A stretch of 64,000 nt of DNA from Zygnema circumcarinatum SAG 698-1b (GCA_037447605.1 CM074805.1:62001-126000), one strand, 5' to 3'. Counted from the first letter of the stretch, positions 19,695 to 32,500 are shown. Notes: generated from the sequence alone by a model not told the origin. Translations and numbers: made by a program.

Positions 19695-21182
19695 ATCGTC
19701 GCTCGTTCGTGCCTCCCTCCGCCGCGAGCCGACTCCGGCCGTTCTTTTCTCTCTGGCGAGAAGCGAGGGCAAGGGCATGAACGGGAGTTGGGCACTGGGC
19801 GATCAGCCGCCGCTGTGAGTTGAAACATAACGCTGTGGACGTACGGCCTGCGGAGTTGTGTCGCTACCGCAACATTACTTTCGGGTAAAAGTTGATTGGC
19901 ACTTCTCTTGGAGTTGGAGTCCCAAGCCTTTTGAGAAAGAAAAAGATGGTTGAACTCACGATGGCAAGGCCATCAAATGTATCAATCTTTTGAGAAAGCA
20001 CGTTTCCATTATACACATTTTACATTTTCAGGGGCGTTGTTCCCCTGCATTGCCCGAAAGCAGCTGCTGCAGGTGCACCCTTTGCCAGAATGCATCCCCC
20101 AGATTTGAAAAGATAGGATGAATGTGGCCTCGGCTCTCTGCAACCGAGCTTGTGGCATCGCTCTACAACATCCAAACAAATGAATGGCCTTCTGTGGCCG
20201 CAATTGAGCATCAACGGCGAACAAAGGAAAGGAGCACCGTACCGAAGCAAGCTAGTTTACATGAAAAAATCCATGTTTCTCTAACAGACATTTTTACGTG
20301 ACTAAACAAACGAGCAGCAGATTGCATGGGAGAGCAGCATTGTTTGCAATCACACGTAGAACGAAGGCAGGGCCCACGCCTTGACGGTCCGCCTGGACCT
20401 CCGATTCAGCCGGACGGTCAACTTTCACTCTCAAGTGGACGTGGTCGCGGCGCAAGTACAATACACAAACGAGGAGTCTTCAAGGTTTCCAAGGAGACGC
20501 ACAAAGCAGACCATACAGGAGGCTATCGCCAAATAAGCGGTGTTCACAGTCAGTGAAAGAATTGATTGGCAATAGGTGGCATATAGAGAAAAAAAAGATT
20601 TCTAGAATATGTAACACTAGCTGCTAAAAATAAGAGAGAGTCCGCCCGAATTATGTGTAACGTCCTTTGAGGAGTTCCACGGCCGCTTCAAGGCCTTCTT
20701 TCAGTCTAGCTTCACGGTCGGCAGGAGGGCAGGCCGCCCCTTGCCCCTTCCAGCGACTTCCCTGCCACTCCGCACGCTTAAATCTCAGCGCCGCTTCAGG
20801 GGAGGAGGCCGGCCCCAGGTCCGCTCTTCTTCTACGGCTCGGCCTTACAGAGTCGCAGAAAAGTCATTTCCCATATGCTGTCTCTACAAAATACATACAC
20901 AGCCCTCTACGCGCACTGCTAGCAGATAGCCCCTTCCCCGCTGCCAGCCCATGCATGCATGCTGCCATCAAGAGGTGCGAGAAAATATGAATGCGGAAGC
21001 TAGAGATGCGCCAGGCAGCGACATGAATCTCAGGAAGAGACCTCGGCTCTACTATACACGTAACTCCGTTCGGAGCAAGAAACACAGGACCTGCAAACCT
21101 CCCCCCGCAGACCGGGTGCGGAGGATGATGCAGAGCAAGGGACCGCAAAACTCAGTTCCGGAAGCGAGCAGGAGGTGCGCGC

Positions 21183-21737
21183 CTATAGTTGGTGCAGCTC
21201 CTTCAACGACCGCCTCGTCAACGTTCCCGACTTCCTCTCCGTGCTCTTGGGCGACCTGGGCGCGAAGCTCTCCAGCGTGAAGATGTTCGGGCTGAGACTC
21301 TCCGCCGCCCGCCCCATGGTCCGCAGGACGGAGCCGCCGTCCCCCTCCAGCGCGAGTCTGCGCAGCCGCAGGCCGCCCGAGGTCGCGCTGTCACCCGCCT
21401 CCTTCCGCGCGGAGCCGTCGGAGGAGCCCTCCTCGCCCGGTTCCGCGCGCCCGAGAGAGGCGGCGCGGCTCCACGTGGCGAGTCTGCGGGCGTCGGGGGA
21501 GGCGCACGAGGCGCACCTTCCCCGCGCTGCGCACTCGTGCTCGCCCTTCTGGCAACTTAGGGCGCGGACCGGGGCCGGCGGCAGGGGCAGCGACGGCGAG
21601 GAATAGTCGTAGCTGCGCTCCTGCACGAGCAGGACGCCAGTGAAGCCCTCGAAAATGGACGGACCAGCGTCCGCCTCTTTCCGCAGCGAGGGAGGCGTGT
21701 GCAGCGGGCTGAAGCGCGCCGAGTGGTTGACAGCCAT
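21183..21737 (-). CDS. Hypothetical single-exon protein, 184 aa (MAVNHSARF...RRSLKELHQL)
   Basis: ATG in GCCATGG context, GC-rich codon usage like nearby exons, GA-rich leader and promoter-like upstream region. No recognised domain. Confidence 0.5.
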   Translation of the reverse strand: MAVNHSARFSPLHTPPSLRKEADAGPSIFEGFTGVLLVQERSYDYSSPSLPLPPAPVRALSCQKGEHECAARGRCASCASPDARRLATWSRAASLGRAEPGEEGSSDGSARKEAGDSATSGGLRLRRLALEGDGGSVLRTMGRAAESLSPNIFTLESFAPRSPKSTERKSGTLTRRSLKELHQL

Positions 21738-21985
21738 GGCAGCAGGCGGGCACCTCCTTTTCCTCCTCGTCCTCCTCTGCCTCTCTGCCTTTCTGACTCT
21801 CTCTCTCTGCCTGCCTCGCTCTCTCTCTCTCTCCGCCTGGCTGCCTGTCCGTCTGTCCGTTGCGGCCTCCCCTCGCCCCGCCTCGCCGGCCCTCAACTGC
21901 CCCTCGTCACGCGCTGTCACGTCCCGCGCCGCCCCGCGGTTGCCCGCAGGATAACGCCGGGCCGTACGGCCGACGCCATCCGTAC

Positions 21986-22168
21986 GCCACGTGGCGGGCG
22001 AGCGCCTCCACGTCCAGCCGCCGCCGCCGCTGACGTGGAGGATGCCGCCGCGCGCCTGGCTGCCGCCCAACGCGCCGCACCATTGGTCCACGTGGCGGGG
22101 GCCGCCGGCCCACCCCGCCGGCCGGCCGCGAGGCGGCCCGGCCGGGCCCGGCCCGGCCCGGCACGTGG
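21986..22168. promoter_or_regulatory. Cluster of five ACGT-core G-box/ABRE-like elements
   Basis: GCCACGTGGC 21986-21995, CCACGTCC 22008-22015, TGACGTGG 22031-22038, CCACGTGGC 22088-22096, GCACGTGG 22161-22168, 250-430 bp upstream of the ORF at 21737. Confidence 0.5.
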
Positions 22169-22848
22169 GCATGGGGGCACCGGGGGGGGGGGGGGGGGGG
22201 NNNNNNNNNNGGGGGGGGGGGGGGGGGGGCGCACCGGGAGGGGGGGGGCCAGAAAACAGCCGTGCCCCTCAGCCGTGCCCCTACGGCAGCGTGCGTACGT
22301 GACGGAAGTCCCTCCCTCCCGTGTGGCAGCGCGCTGGGCGGGCGGGCGGGCGGGTCCTCCGTACCATGCGCACTGGCCGCACTTGGGTCCGTACCGCTCG
22401 GACTGGGGGCACGGGCCTCGGACGGGAACGGGTGCGATTGTAACTGTTCGAGGTGGTCACGTCACGGGGCACGAGCAGGGGCATGCCCCCCTTCCCGAAA
22501 GGGCGGGGGGGCACATGCCCCGGGGAGGGGGGGGACCCTAGAGGCCGCGCCTGCCAGCTGGCCCCCCTGCCAACGCCAGGGCGCGCCGCCTCCGTACGGA
22601 AGCCAGGCAGGCGGGCCGATCGTATCTTACGTTCGTACGGCGGGCGGCACTGAGCGCGGCGCCGTCCGTCCGTCCGTCCGTCCGTTGGGGGCGGGCACGT
22701 GCTTGCGCGTTTGAATGGTCGCATGGAGGGATGGCCGCACGCGCGAAGTTAATACTTTCCGATTTAAAAGCATCCATTCTAAATCGGGTATTTTAAGCGA
22801 ATAGAATTAGGGGATTATGCCCAGTACTGTAATAGTAAATTAATTTTA

Positions 22849-23864
22849 GGAAAATTCTATTCTCACACCTTTTTTGTCTACACACAGGCCTCTTTTCGCC
22901 GGGCATATTTTAAAATAGCACAAAAAAAGAACACACCTTTCACACCTTCTCACCTTTTTTTTTTCACCTTTTTTTTCCCACCTTTTTGAAATCGATACAC
23001 ACCTTTCTCCATCGGGCAGATTTTACCCTTTCTTGTTTTTTTCAAAGAAAAAAATATCGGCCTGCCCGAATCCACTCGGAGCAGAAGATCCGTCCGCCAC
23101 GAGATCGTTCGCGGGTGGCCGTCCTTCACACGTGCAGAAACTATACACCGTCGATTCTAGAGCAGATCACACCACGGCAGATCACCTTTCGATCGGCAGC
23201 CGGGCTCGGTTCCAGCGAATGGCACACGCCCACGTGTCCCACCCGAGCAGAACGAGGACCGTACACAATTCGTACGGTCGCAGCTTCGAGGAAAGTCTAA
23301 ATTCCTTACATTGCGAGCTTGAATCAATCACCATCTGCCGCGTGCTCTTTTTAGACGTGGCAAACTGTGATTGGTACAGGCACTCAACTTTAATTATTAC
23401 GTTTTTTGACTTTCCTCGAAGCTGCGGGCGTACGCCTTTTGTACGGTCCTTGGAGCCGGCTTGGGTGGGACTCGTGGGACAGAGCCCGGCTGCTGATCGA
23501 ACGGTGATCTGCCATGGTGCGATCTGCGTGAATATCGACGGCGGAAAATTATTGCACGTGTGAAGGACGGCCACCCGCGAACGATCTCGTGGCGGACGGA
23601 TCTTCCGCTGCGAACGGATTCGGGCAGGCAGATATTTTTTTCTCTGAAAATAAATGATAAGGAGTAAAATCTGCCCGACAGAAAAAGGTCTCACGGCGCT
23701 CGGCCGCTCAGGACTGGTAGCGTGTATCGATTCCAAAAAGATGTGAAAAAAAAGGTGAAAAAAAAAAGGTGTGAAAGGTGTGTTCCTTTTTTGTCTATTT
23801 TAAAACCTGCCCAGCGAAAAGAGGTCTGTGCGTAGACAAAAAAGGTGTGAGAATAGAATTTTCC
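22849..23864. mobile_element. Non-autonomous foldback / Mutator-like DNA transposon, 1016 bp
   Basis: Identical 8-bp flanks TAATTTTA (22841-22848, 23865-23872). Terminal 33 bp GGAAAATTCTATTCTCACACCTTTTTTGTCTAC perfectly inverted. Imperfect arms 22849-23297 and 23408-23864 with a 110-bp spacer. Subterminal CACCTTT modules. No transposase. Confidence 0.92.
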
Positions 23865-24286
23865 TAATTTTAAATATGTACGGTCGTACGAACAGCACAA
23901 GTGAAAAGATCACCACAGGCCACTCTCAATAGTGTGATGTCACCACGTTGCCATACTATGGATGACATGACGTCACTCACAGTACCGTAAAACCGAGCAG
24001 GCTTTTGAGAAAACGAGGAACGAGGTTCGCTTGATTTCGCAATCGGCAATGTTATTATTGAAATAATAGGGCCGGACTTTGACCACCCGAGGGCGAAACA
24101 TTTTCGATTTAAGACAGCGAAAAGTTTGAAAAAGAAGTTCAAAGACTCAACATGTTCAGTCGCACGTGTGGATTCCAGTTCTTGCCACGTTGGTTTCGTG
24201 CGATTCGAGGGATCCGGTTAGCCTTCCAGCGCCAATTTCTTCGTACTGTACTGAACAACTCTCCACAGATCGGACCATTAGACAAA

Positions 24287-24840
24287 CCAGTCGACTGGTT
24301 GGCAACCAGTGGTTGCGGACCGAAACAACCATTCGACTGGTTGCCAACCAGTGCCGCCGGATCGAAACAACCATTCGACTGGTTGCCAACCAGTGGTTGC
24401 GGACCGAAATAACCATTCGACTGGTTGCCAACCAGTGCCGCCGGATCGAAACTACCATTCGACTGGTTGCCAACCAGTGGTTGCGGACCGAAATAACCAT
24501 TCGACTTGTTGCCAACCAGTGCCGCCGGATCGAAACAACCATTCGACTGGTTGCCAACCAGTGCCGCCGGATCGAAACAACCATTCGACTGGTTGCCAAC
24601 CAGTGGTTGCGGACCGAAACAACCATTCGACTGGTTGCCAACCAGTGCCGCCAGATCGAAACAACCATTCGACTGGTTGCCAACCAGTGGTTGCGGACCG
24701 AAACAACCATTCGACTGGTTGCCAACCAGTGCCGCCGGATCGAAACAACCATTCGACTGGTTGCCAACCAGTGGTTGCGGACCGAAACAACCATTCGACT
24801 GCCACTGGTTGGCAACCAGTCGACTGGTTGCCAACCAGTA
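24287..24840. repeat. 42-bp minisatellite, 12 units of two variants (B A B A B A A B A B A B), each with a 17-bp palindrome
   Basis: Unit CCATTCGACTGGTTGCCAACCAGT-[GCCGCCGGATCG or GGTTGCGGACCG]-AAACAA. Units 2-12 start at 24329 + 42n, and unit 1 is 5'-degenerate. Extra palindrome copies at the right end. Confidence 0.97.
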
Positions 24841-26546
24841 GACGTCCAACCATTGCCATCCAATGGTTGTCCAATGGTTGCCGATCCACTGGTCCGAACT
24901 GTGCAACTCTCCCTCGAGCCGATCAACAATTTATGTACGAACCTCCGGGTCCACGCGCTTTGCGATCCGCTAAAATCTGATTGTTGATTGGTGGACCCAA
25001 GGAAAACTGAAAGTGGACACGAACGAGATTTAATTGTTCAATGATCCTCCATAAAAGTTTAGGAATTCATTTCTCATTTCTGAAAATAAATCGTGTTCAC
25101 AATATAAAGTTTTTCTGGAGAAACTGGATTTTGAAGTTTTTAGTTGAGAAGCCAAAATCTTTAATTTCGTTTTTTCTCAAGCTGTTCGATTTTACGGTAA
25201 CTTCAAATTATAATTTTAAATCGAGCATAATTCTGAATTCTGAATTTGGTCTAAAAAATAATATTTTTACGGCCATCCCTATGTTCAAATGGGCGGGCGG
25301 GCGGGCGGGCGGCGAGGACCGACCGGCCGTAGCTGCCCGCGCGCAGGGGAGCGGTCCCTCCTCGGGCCGTCGGGCCGCGCACGTGGCGCGTTGCAGTTGG
25401 GGGAGGCCGCCAGATGGCCCCCCGCAGTTTCCGGAGTCGCAACGGCTCGGGCGGGCGGGCGGGCCGGCGGGCGCGCCTGCACCTGCACCTGGCGCAGGAC
25501 CCCGGGCGGGCATGCATGCATGCATGCATGCGCGCCTTCTAACGGTCGAATTGTTATGTGCAGACTGCCGTGGAAAGGAGGATGTGGCATTGACCTCACG
25601 ATGGCGATGAAGCCATCAAATGTACATGGAAAAAATCAGCATGGGGAACCACGCGGAATTGGTCGCAAAGGACCCAAGGACGAAAAGGAAAAAGTTATGA
25701 TCGACAAGCTACGCCTAGGCTCAACACCGCTTCAAGCCCTCCCTCGAAGCAGCCGCGGAGGTCACCCCGTGGGGCCGTTGAACTAACCTCTCGAAACTCG
25801 GCTCTCTCTTCAAGCACAAGTAAACGAGTTCCGGATAGAAAGCGGGGCAGACCGAGCGAGCGGCCTGATCGGAAGTGCCGGCCATCAGCCATGAGCCGGC
25901 AGCGCCACTCTCCTGCAGACGCAGCACGGCATGCGCTGGCTGCGGCCCCGCCCGAGCCGAGCGAGCGAACGAGCGAGCGAGCCCGAGGATAATAATAAAC
26001 AACGACACGGCGGCACTGCTGCGGCGCTCACTCGCTGCCGCATTCGCGCTGTCGATGGTCCGCCAGGTGCCAGTGCCACGCAGGGCCACGTGGCGCTGTC
26101 GCTGACGGCCTTCAGCACACCCATGCGGGCAGTCGAACGAAAGAAGGCGAAATCCTTCGATTGAAGAGGCTTCAAAATTCTCCGCCTCAGTTCGCAAGCC
26201 GAGGAACTCAACCGGCGACAACAGGTGAACATGGACACGGACCCTTACAGCTGCCATTCAAGAGGCTCACAAAGTGAATGCAGGTTTCCACGCGTTTCTG
26301 TGCTCATTTCCAAAACTAAATGTAATACACAGGGAGCTGCCAGATGTTGAGGCCCAAAGTGGAATGTAAATTATTTGGCGGCAGAAAACACCAAAATCTA
26401 TCCTGCACATCAACATAGGTAGGCAATGGTTGCGCTTCCACCCGAAGGCCTTCGCATTTTCGCACAGGCTACAACGTCAGGACCGTTTACCGGCCCTCAC
26501 ATTCTGATTTAAGAATGCAATGAGACAAGGACGGCAGTGCCCTCCG

Positions 26547-29500
26547 TCAGCACCCGGCAGCCTTGAGGAAATTGTCGAAAGGCGAGACAGGCGGCAGGAG
26601 CAGTGTGTCCCACAAGTCCTTCTGCCCGCCTGCAGCACCTCCGGGGTCCGCTTTCTCCCTTTGCATAGAGCCGCCTTCCGCCTCCTGCGACCGTCAATGA
26701 CAGGGTAAACGTTAGAACTTGATCACAAATACAGACTGCGTTCGTTTTCAGAGGATTCCCCAGTTGTAACCACTACCGCAGCGCTGCATACAGAAAGGAC
26801 AAGCAGGCCGGCAAGAGAGTGTGAGCAGAAGAGCGTTGGCATCCCCCTTCAGGGTCTGACCTCTTCCGGTGCCATGTACGGGATTTCAAGTGTGCTGCTC
26901 TCGTCGTCCTCTTGCACCGGCAGTGACCTCGCCCACTCCGACGCATCCAGGGGCTCCCCGGACTCGCGCTGCGGCTGCTCGTCGGAGGACACGTGCTGCA
27001 GCAGCTCCTCAACGGAGGGAGCTGCTGCGGCGTCCTCCACGGCGGCAGAGTTCTTCGCTGCCTGCGGGCGGAAGAGCTCCTCCTCTCCAAGGCCGTTGAC
27101 AGGGAGATCCTGCTCCGTGCACATCAGAGTTTCAGGATGCCCCGCAAACCTTCAATCCCCCTACTTGGAGATGCAGTGGATCTGTGGCAGAGCCACGAAT
27201 CGGCCCGCAGAACCGTACTCCATTGCGCCCTCATGCATTGTTGTATATACGACGTATTAACCCAAGGTTTTGACAAGACATGAAAGAAGTTCCTGTCGAC
27301 AAGAAAGGGGCTGCAGAAACTTACTTCAACCTCAAGCACACTCTCTCCCGAGAGAGTCCCTGCTGCATCTGAGGGAGGTTCAGGCACCACAAGATTCCTT
27401 GGGTGGACCATGTACAAGTCGTCCGGCTCAAACTTGAGCAGCAGGAGGCTGGGTGCATCCGGCACTTCCACCTGCCCCAGGAGGTCGAAACGTTGGGTCA
27501 GAGAAAACACGAAGGACTTTCAACAGTGGAGAGGGATCTGCTCTTGCATCACTATCGACAGCTCATGCCTTCACCATGCCCACGCGTCTTTCCTTACACG
27601 TGATCACATTAGCACCTATACCTCAAGTGAAGGAATATCTGCCAGGATAAGTTGTACAATTCCTGCCAGCGTCTCGTTTTTGGTTTGTTTCATGTTCGTC
27701 AGAGCTGCATCACCACCTCCACCATTCTCTGCCGTAGTTCCTTTTGAGATGGGACCTGATCGCTCTAGAAGGGTTCCGTCGTCTCTGAGCTCCAATAAGG
27801 AGTCTTTCTGGACAGCTCAGACAGACGAACAAGGTGGTTAATAGACATGAGAGGTGAAACCAAAATAGTCTGCTCTGAGATAACGACAGACAAAGTACAC
27901 GCAACAGAAGTAGAACAATTCATCTCTCATTTATGACGTAAAAGCTTACCCCGGCTTCAGCTAGTGATGATTTCAAGCTGCCTTGTATGTGTGGCAACTT
28001 GAACGTTTGGGCAACTTGCAGCAGCATAGCAACCGACAAAGTGAAGAGGGGTTGTCTCATGGCAGGGGGTAAAGGATCTGTCAAAAAGGGCGACCAAATG
28101 AGCATGTCAAAAGCATGATTTCTCGCACAAACCCTGTTAGTGATACAAATTCACTCATGTGTCGTGCTTTGCAAGGAAACGGTACTGCTGAGCGGCTCAG
28201 CCATTTTGTGAACATAAATCGTAATATGCTCGCTACTTTGCCATTTCACTAAGTGAAGGCCAATTCGGAAAGATCAGAAAGTACATCTGACATCAGGAGC
28301 ATCAGGTGGAGAAAGATGACATTGCAAGAACAACTCATACACACCTCAAAACGACAAAAATAACTTCAAAACAGCTGTAATTGTCGCAGGACAAGTCAGT
28401 GGGAAGAAAGGTTTGGATCACATAAACTAAGGCTACGGGATCAACCGCAGTTGAAGCTCGGACTCACCCTTCCCCTCCAAAGCAGCTGTCCGCAGAGACA
28501 ACGCCAACTGCATCGCTCGAACGAAGACCGTGTTTTTGTGTGTCTGCACTAACCTCCCAGTTTGAATGAATACATGTGTGTGCCTGCAGTTGAGTTACAA
28601 ATCAGACCTGCATGTTCATACACAAGCTTGTGGAACTCTGCCGAAGTTTGTCACTGCCAGTACGCACCTCTCTCACTTGTTGTGCGCGGCTATCGTTTGG
28701 GGCAGCGGCAAAAAAGAAAGTCTAACAAGGTAATGAGGTATAAGCTAAAAAAACTACCAGACAATGAGGGCGATGTCTACTGCAAAGCACTTTACCCTTT
28801 CCGTACGATGTGTATGAGTGGAGAGAATGCGTGCATACTTGATCCAAATGCAATTGTTCCCTTAGCAAGAACTCCTGAGTTATAGTGGTTAAGTCGCCAG
28901 TGTCCTTACCTGAAAACGCAAAAAATCTACCATATATTATGTGACTGGGACCGTTTGTTTCAAAATGCTCCAGCATATTCGAGGTTTAAAATCCAAAAAA
29001 AAAATTAAAAGGAATCGAACTAACACTTCTTGCAGAATTCCACGAAGTTTGAAGAGTAGAGTCTGAGGAAGAACCTTGGCTGTTGACGAGGTGACGATAA
29101 GGAAAAAGGTGGTGCTCATGGCGGCGTAGCATCCAGAAGTGTTGGAAGGCAGCGAGCTTTGCAGCCACAGGGACGACAGCAACAGCGAGGCCTGCGAGGC
29201 AGTCAGGCGGCCAACCTTCTCCTCCTGCAGCACGGCCACGGGCTGGTAAGAATCGCCCTCTTAAAACAAATCGCGCATACCGTATTCATAGAGACACCAA
29301 CTGGTCTTCTTCTGGACACGAAGGTCATCAAGCGTTGCCTTCCTTGTCACGCCAACCCAACAGTCTTTTTTAAGACCATTCCGGAAACCCTCGTCCATGG
29401 CATGCTCGTCTTGTACAGAACAAAAGTGAGCCCCGTAGCTCTTGCGACTAGACGCAAAGTTCAGAGTAGCCATAAGGAAGGTTTAGTACACGATTAGAAG

Positions 29501-32500
29501 TGTTAATTAGGCTTATTAAAGCCTTCAAACATTATGATGATGACCCAACCTACTCACACCTAGATGACACTTGACAAACACCACCACCTTCTGACAGTTA
29601 TATGGCCCAACAGCCTCAAGAAACACAAAAGTCCTAAGAACGTCAATCGAGGCCCGAGAATCATGCCAGCCCCTTCATCTCTTCAGGGAAAAAGAGAACG
29701 GCTGACCGGACTCACCGGTTCTCTTGCAGCTCCAGCAGTCTCGTGCAATTTGAGCCTACGGGAAAAGTTCCTTTCCATGCCCGCCTTCAAGCTGTGCAAG
29801 CGGCCCATCAAGTGAGAATGCGATGCGCTGTGTCTTGCACTCTCCTCTACGCTGCTGTCCTTCACTGATCTGCCACCGAATGGGAGCAACGTATCTTCCC
29901 GCCCTGCCTCTTTTTCTTCCTGCTTTGCGGGGGAGAGCAGGAGAAGACTCAGCAGCCGATGCGTGCTGATGCGGGTGGCCGGGTCAGGATGCGCCATGGC
30001 TTGCAGGAGTTGGAAGAGGAGGTTGTCAGGGAAGGCCTGCAGCCAGGACACAGTGGCAGACGACAGTGAACGTGTCAGAACTAAAAGCCATGATAGAGCA
30101 CCTCCTTTCGCAACAATGTGCACACAAGTTCTTTTCCTGGAAATGACATTGTAGCTCTTGCTGTGAAGAAAATACAGCATTTTGACGACATCTTGCAATC
30201 TCAGAGTCAAAATACAAAAAGGTTTTTAATTCGACTCATTGCCCAAGTGAACACCTAAACAAAACTTTGCATACGACAAAGAAACAAATTCTTTGACGAT
30301 CCTGCAATGGTAACAAGAAGGTTTTTAAAGCTCGAACACATTGTGCTGTAGCAAACACAACGACAAGCTGTTTTGGCTTTACAGACAGCACCTGTTGGTC
30401 CGGGACTGTCTCGGAAGCGACTACCACAGCATGCGCGACGACGAGGAGGGCGTCCATCGTGGCCTGTGCGCGCACCGCGTCTCCCGACAGCGACTCCAAA
30501 ACGAACGCCATCATGTCCAGAAGTGGGCGGGCGGCACCCGCCTGCAACCACACACAAAGGGGTCTGTCAACACTTCTGCGCAAATCATGCCATAATGCTA
30601 CAGGGCCAAAAGACGCGCTCAAGAGCATTCCGACTCGATGTTGCATTTATAAAACCACCTCCCCTCCCAACTCCAAACGGACATACCATCCTTCCCAAGC
30701 GAGGTATCCACACAAATTACTTGCACTGAAGATTGTTTGTTAATTGAGACCCTTTCACATTAACAGGAATATGAACCTTTCCGCACTACATCAACCCGTT
30801 TCACATGCACATTAATCTTCATGTGTTAAACAAATCAAATTTCTTACAGCACCCCGCATGCACATTTATGTGGTGTGTATGGCTGGAAACGAAAAGCATA
30901 TACTCTGAGACCTGATCCATGCTCACCATCTTGGCGAGGTATACAAGGCACTCCTCTATTGTGTCTTGGAAGTTCTTTTGCTCCGCTAAGTTAGCTAGTC
31001 CTCCACTAAATTCGGATTCTCCTTTTGCCTTCTTCGTAGCTTCAAAGCTTCTGTGGTGCCAAAACACCCAGAAATAATAAATCAGCTGATGCAAAATACT
31101 GAAGGTATCTGTGAACCAGCAGTGTGGAAGACTCAAACACGATTTTCTCCACTGCAAGACCATGGTATGACGTAGCAAGCCCAGATGCCATTGACTGTAC
31201 CTTCTGAGCAGTTGAGAAAGGTCCGTCATGGCTGCCACAACCGCTGTGCCCCCCCCAGAAGATTGCGTCTGCGGGTGCCGAGCGAGCACGCTTATCGTCT
31301 TCACGATGTTGACCTGCATCGTCAGTTGGCCCCTTACACTTGGGTGCTCTAAATGGCGGACAAGAGTTGCGTGACTGCCTGACAAGCCCAGCCACCCGTT
31401 GAGTCTTAGCTGACTAATGAAGGGAGCCTCTCATCCCTTGCATCATCCGCACAGAACAGATTTGCGCGCTCGCAACACCAAGTCAGACATTCAACTTCAA
31501 GTTGGTTTCCAAAATCACCATTCCCAAACTTTACCCCCAGCATGCACCTCACATGTTTTACTGGCAAACGACACGTGACAAACGCTTTCAGAAAGCAACA
31601 ACAGGCGAGCAACAGCCTCACCTGCTGTGTCCATTTCCTCTTGCAGATCGAGAAGCACAGCGACCGCCAGAGCGCCTGGGAGGGGCTCCCAATGCTCCCC
31701 GTTGTCGAAATATTGCAAGAGAGGGACCAACACTCGCTGCGCCGTTGTCGCATCCCCGCTGGCCACTTTGGCCAACCCCCGGATGCACACATGGGCCCAT
31801 AGTTCGGGATGCTCCAATTCGGTCCTAGATTGCCATACAGAGTGAACCACGATCAGCAATCAGTCACGCCAATCTCGCCAAAAATATCTCATTCGCTGCT
31901 ACTGTTGAAATTTATCTTGCTACTCACGAGTATCTGACTCATCTACCCTGGTCTAATTCTATCTGTCCGAGGAACTTCCGCCGGACGCAAGAGCGCAAAG
32001 AAGTGAGTAAGACAAGGAAATTTAGACCAAGAACACTCGATGCAGACCGCCGTTGAACCGTTCACACAGCCAACTACCGTACCTACTTGGTGAGGTAGCC
32101 TAAATCCCGTGGGAGGAAAGCTGATTTGCCCGCCTTTCGCATTCGCTCAGCGCTCTCCCTTTGCTTGTGTACGGAGGACAAGGCTTCCTCCTTAAGGCCG
32201 TGAAGGCGATGAGACTGGTGGCCGTCCACAGGTAATACTACATAGTTGTCCAGCACTGTTGCCACCAACTGAGCACATGGAGAGGCAAAGTTGAAAATTT
32301 CTGTGACAAAGAATCTTGCTAGCAAACATAATCAGATAATTTCTGTGTATCCCGAATTGTTTGGCACTAACTTTGGAGTTGATACTACAAGACCGCAGGG
32401 CAAAACCCACTTCTGTTGCACTTCCCGCCAAGCAACCAGCTGGCAAGTACACGTTGATAATTGGAAAAATAAGGTCCAACAAATTATAGACACACTTACA

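Larger units (their letters stand above)
22726..25281. mobile_element. Candidate non-autonomous hAT-like element (AT-rich cassette hosting the foldback and minisatellite)
   Basis: Ends GAGGGATGGCCG (22726-22737) and CGGCCATCCCTA (25270-25281) are 11/12 inverted repeats resembling the Ac-type (C/T)AGGGATG terminus and coincide with the composition shift. No TSD found. Confidence 0.35.

Noticed and set aside
22184-22229. Poly-G/C runs with embedded Ns as special elements (also near 40687, 58050, 58762)
   Set aside because: These are scaffold gaps at homopolymers or C-rich repeats, typical sequencing breakpoints. True length and content are unknown.
22986-23736. ORFs inside the foldback element as a transposase
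   Set aside because: No DDE or zinc-finger motifs. The + and - ORFs resemble each other only because the arms are inverted copies.
24287-24840. CRISPR array (palindromic repeats at regular spacing)
   Set aside because: Intervening sequences are only two recurring 12-bp variants rather than unique spacers. No cas genes, and the context is eukaryotic.
24139-24987. 223-273 aa repeat-protein ORFs over the 42-bp array
   Set aside because: Most frames on both strands are open because the unit length is a multiple of 3 and nearly stop-free. Long ORFs lack good starts, and there are no splice signals or codon bias.
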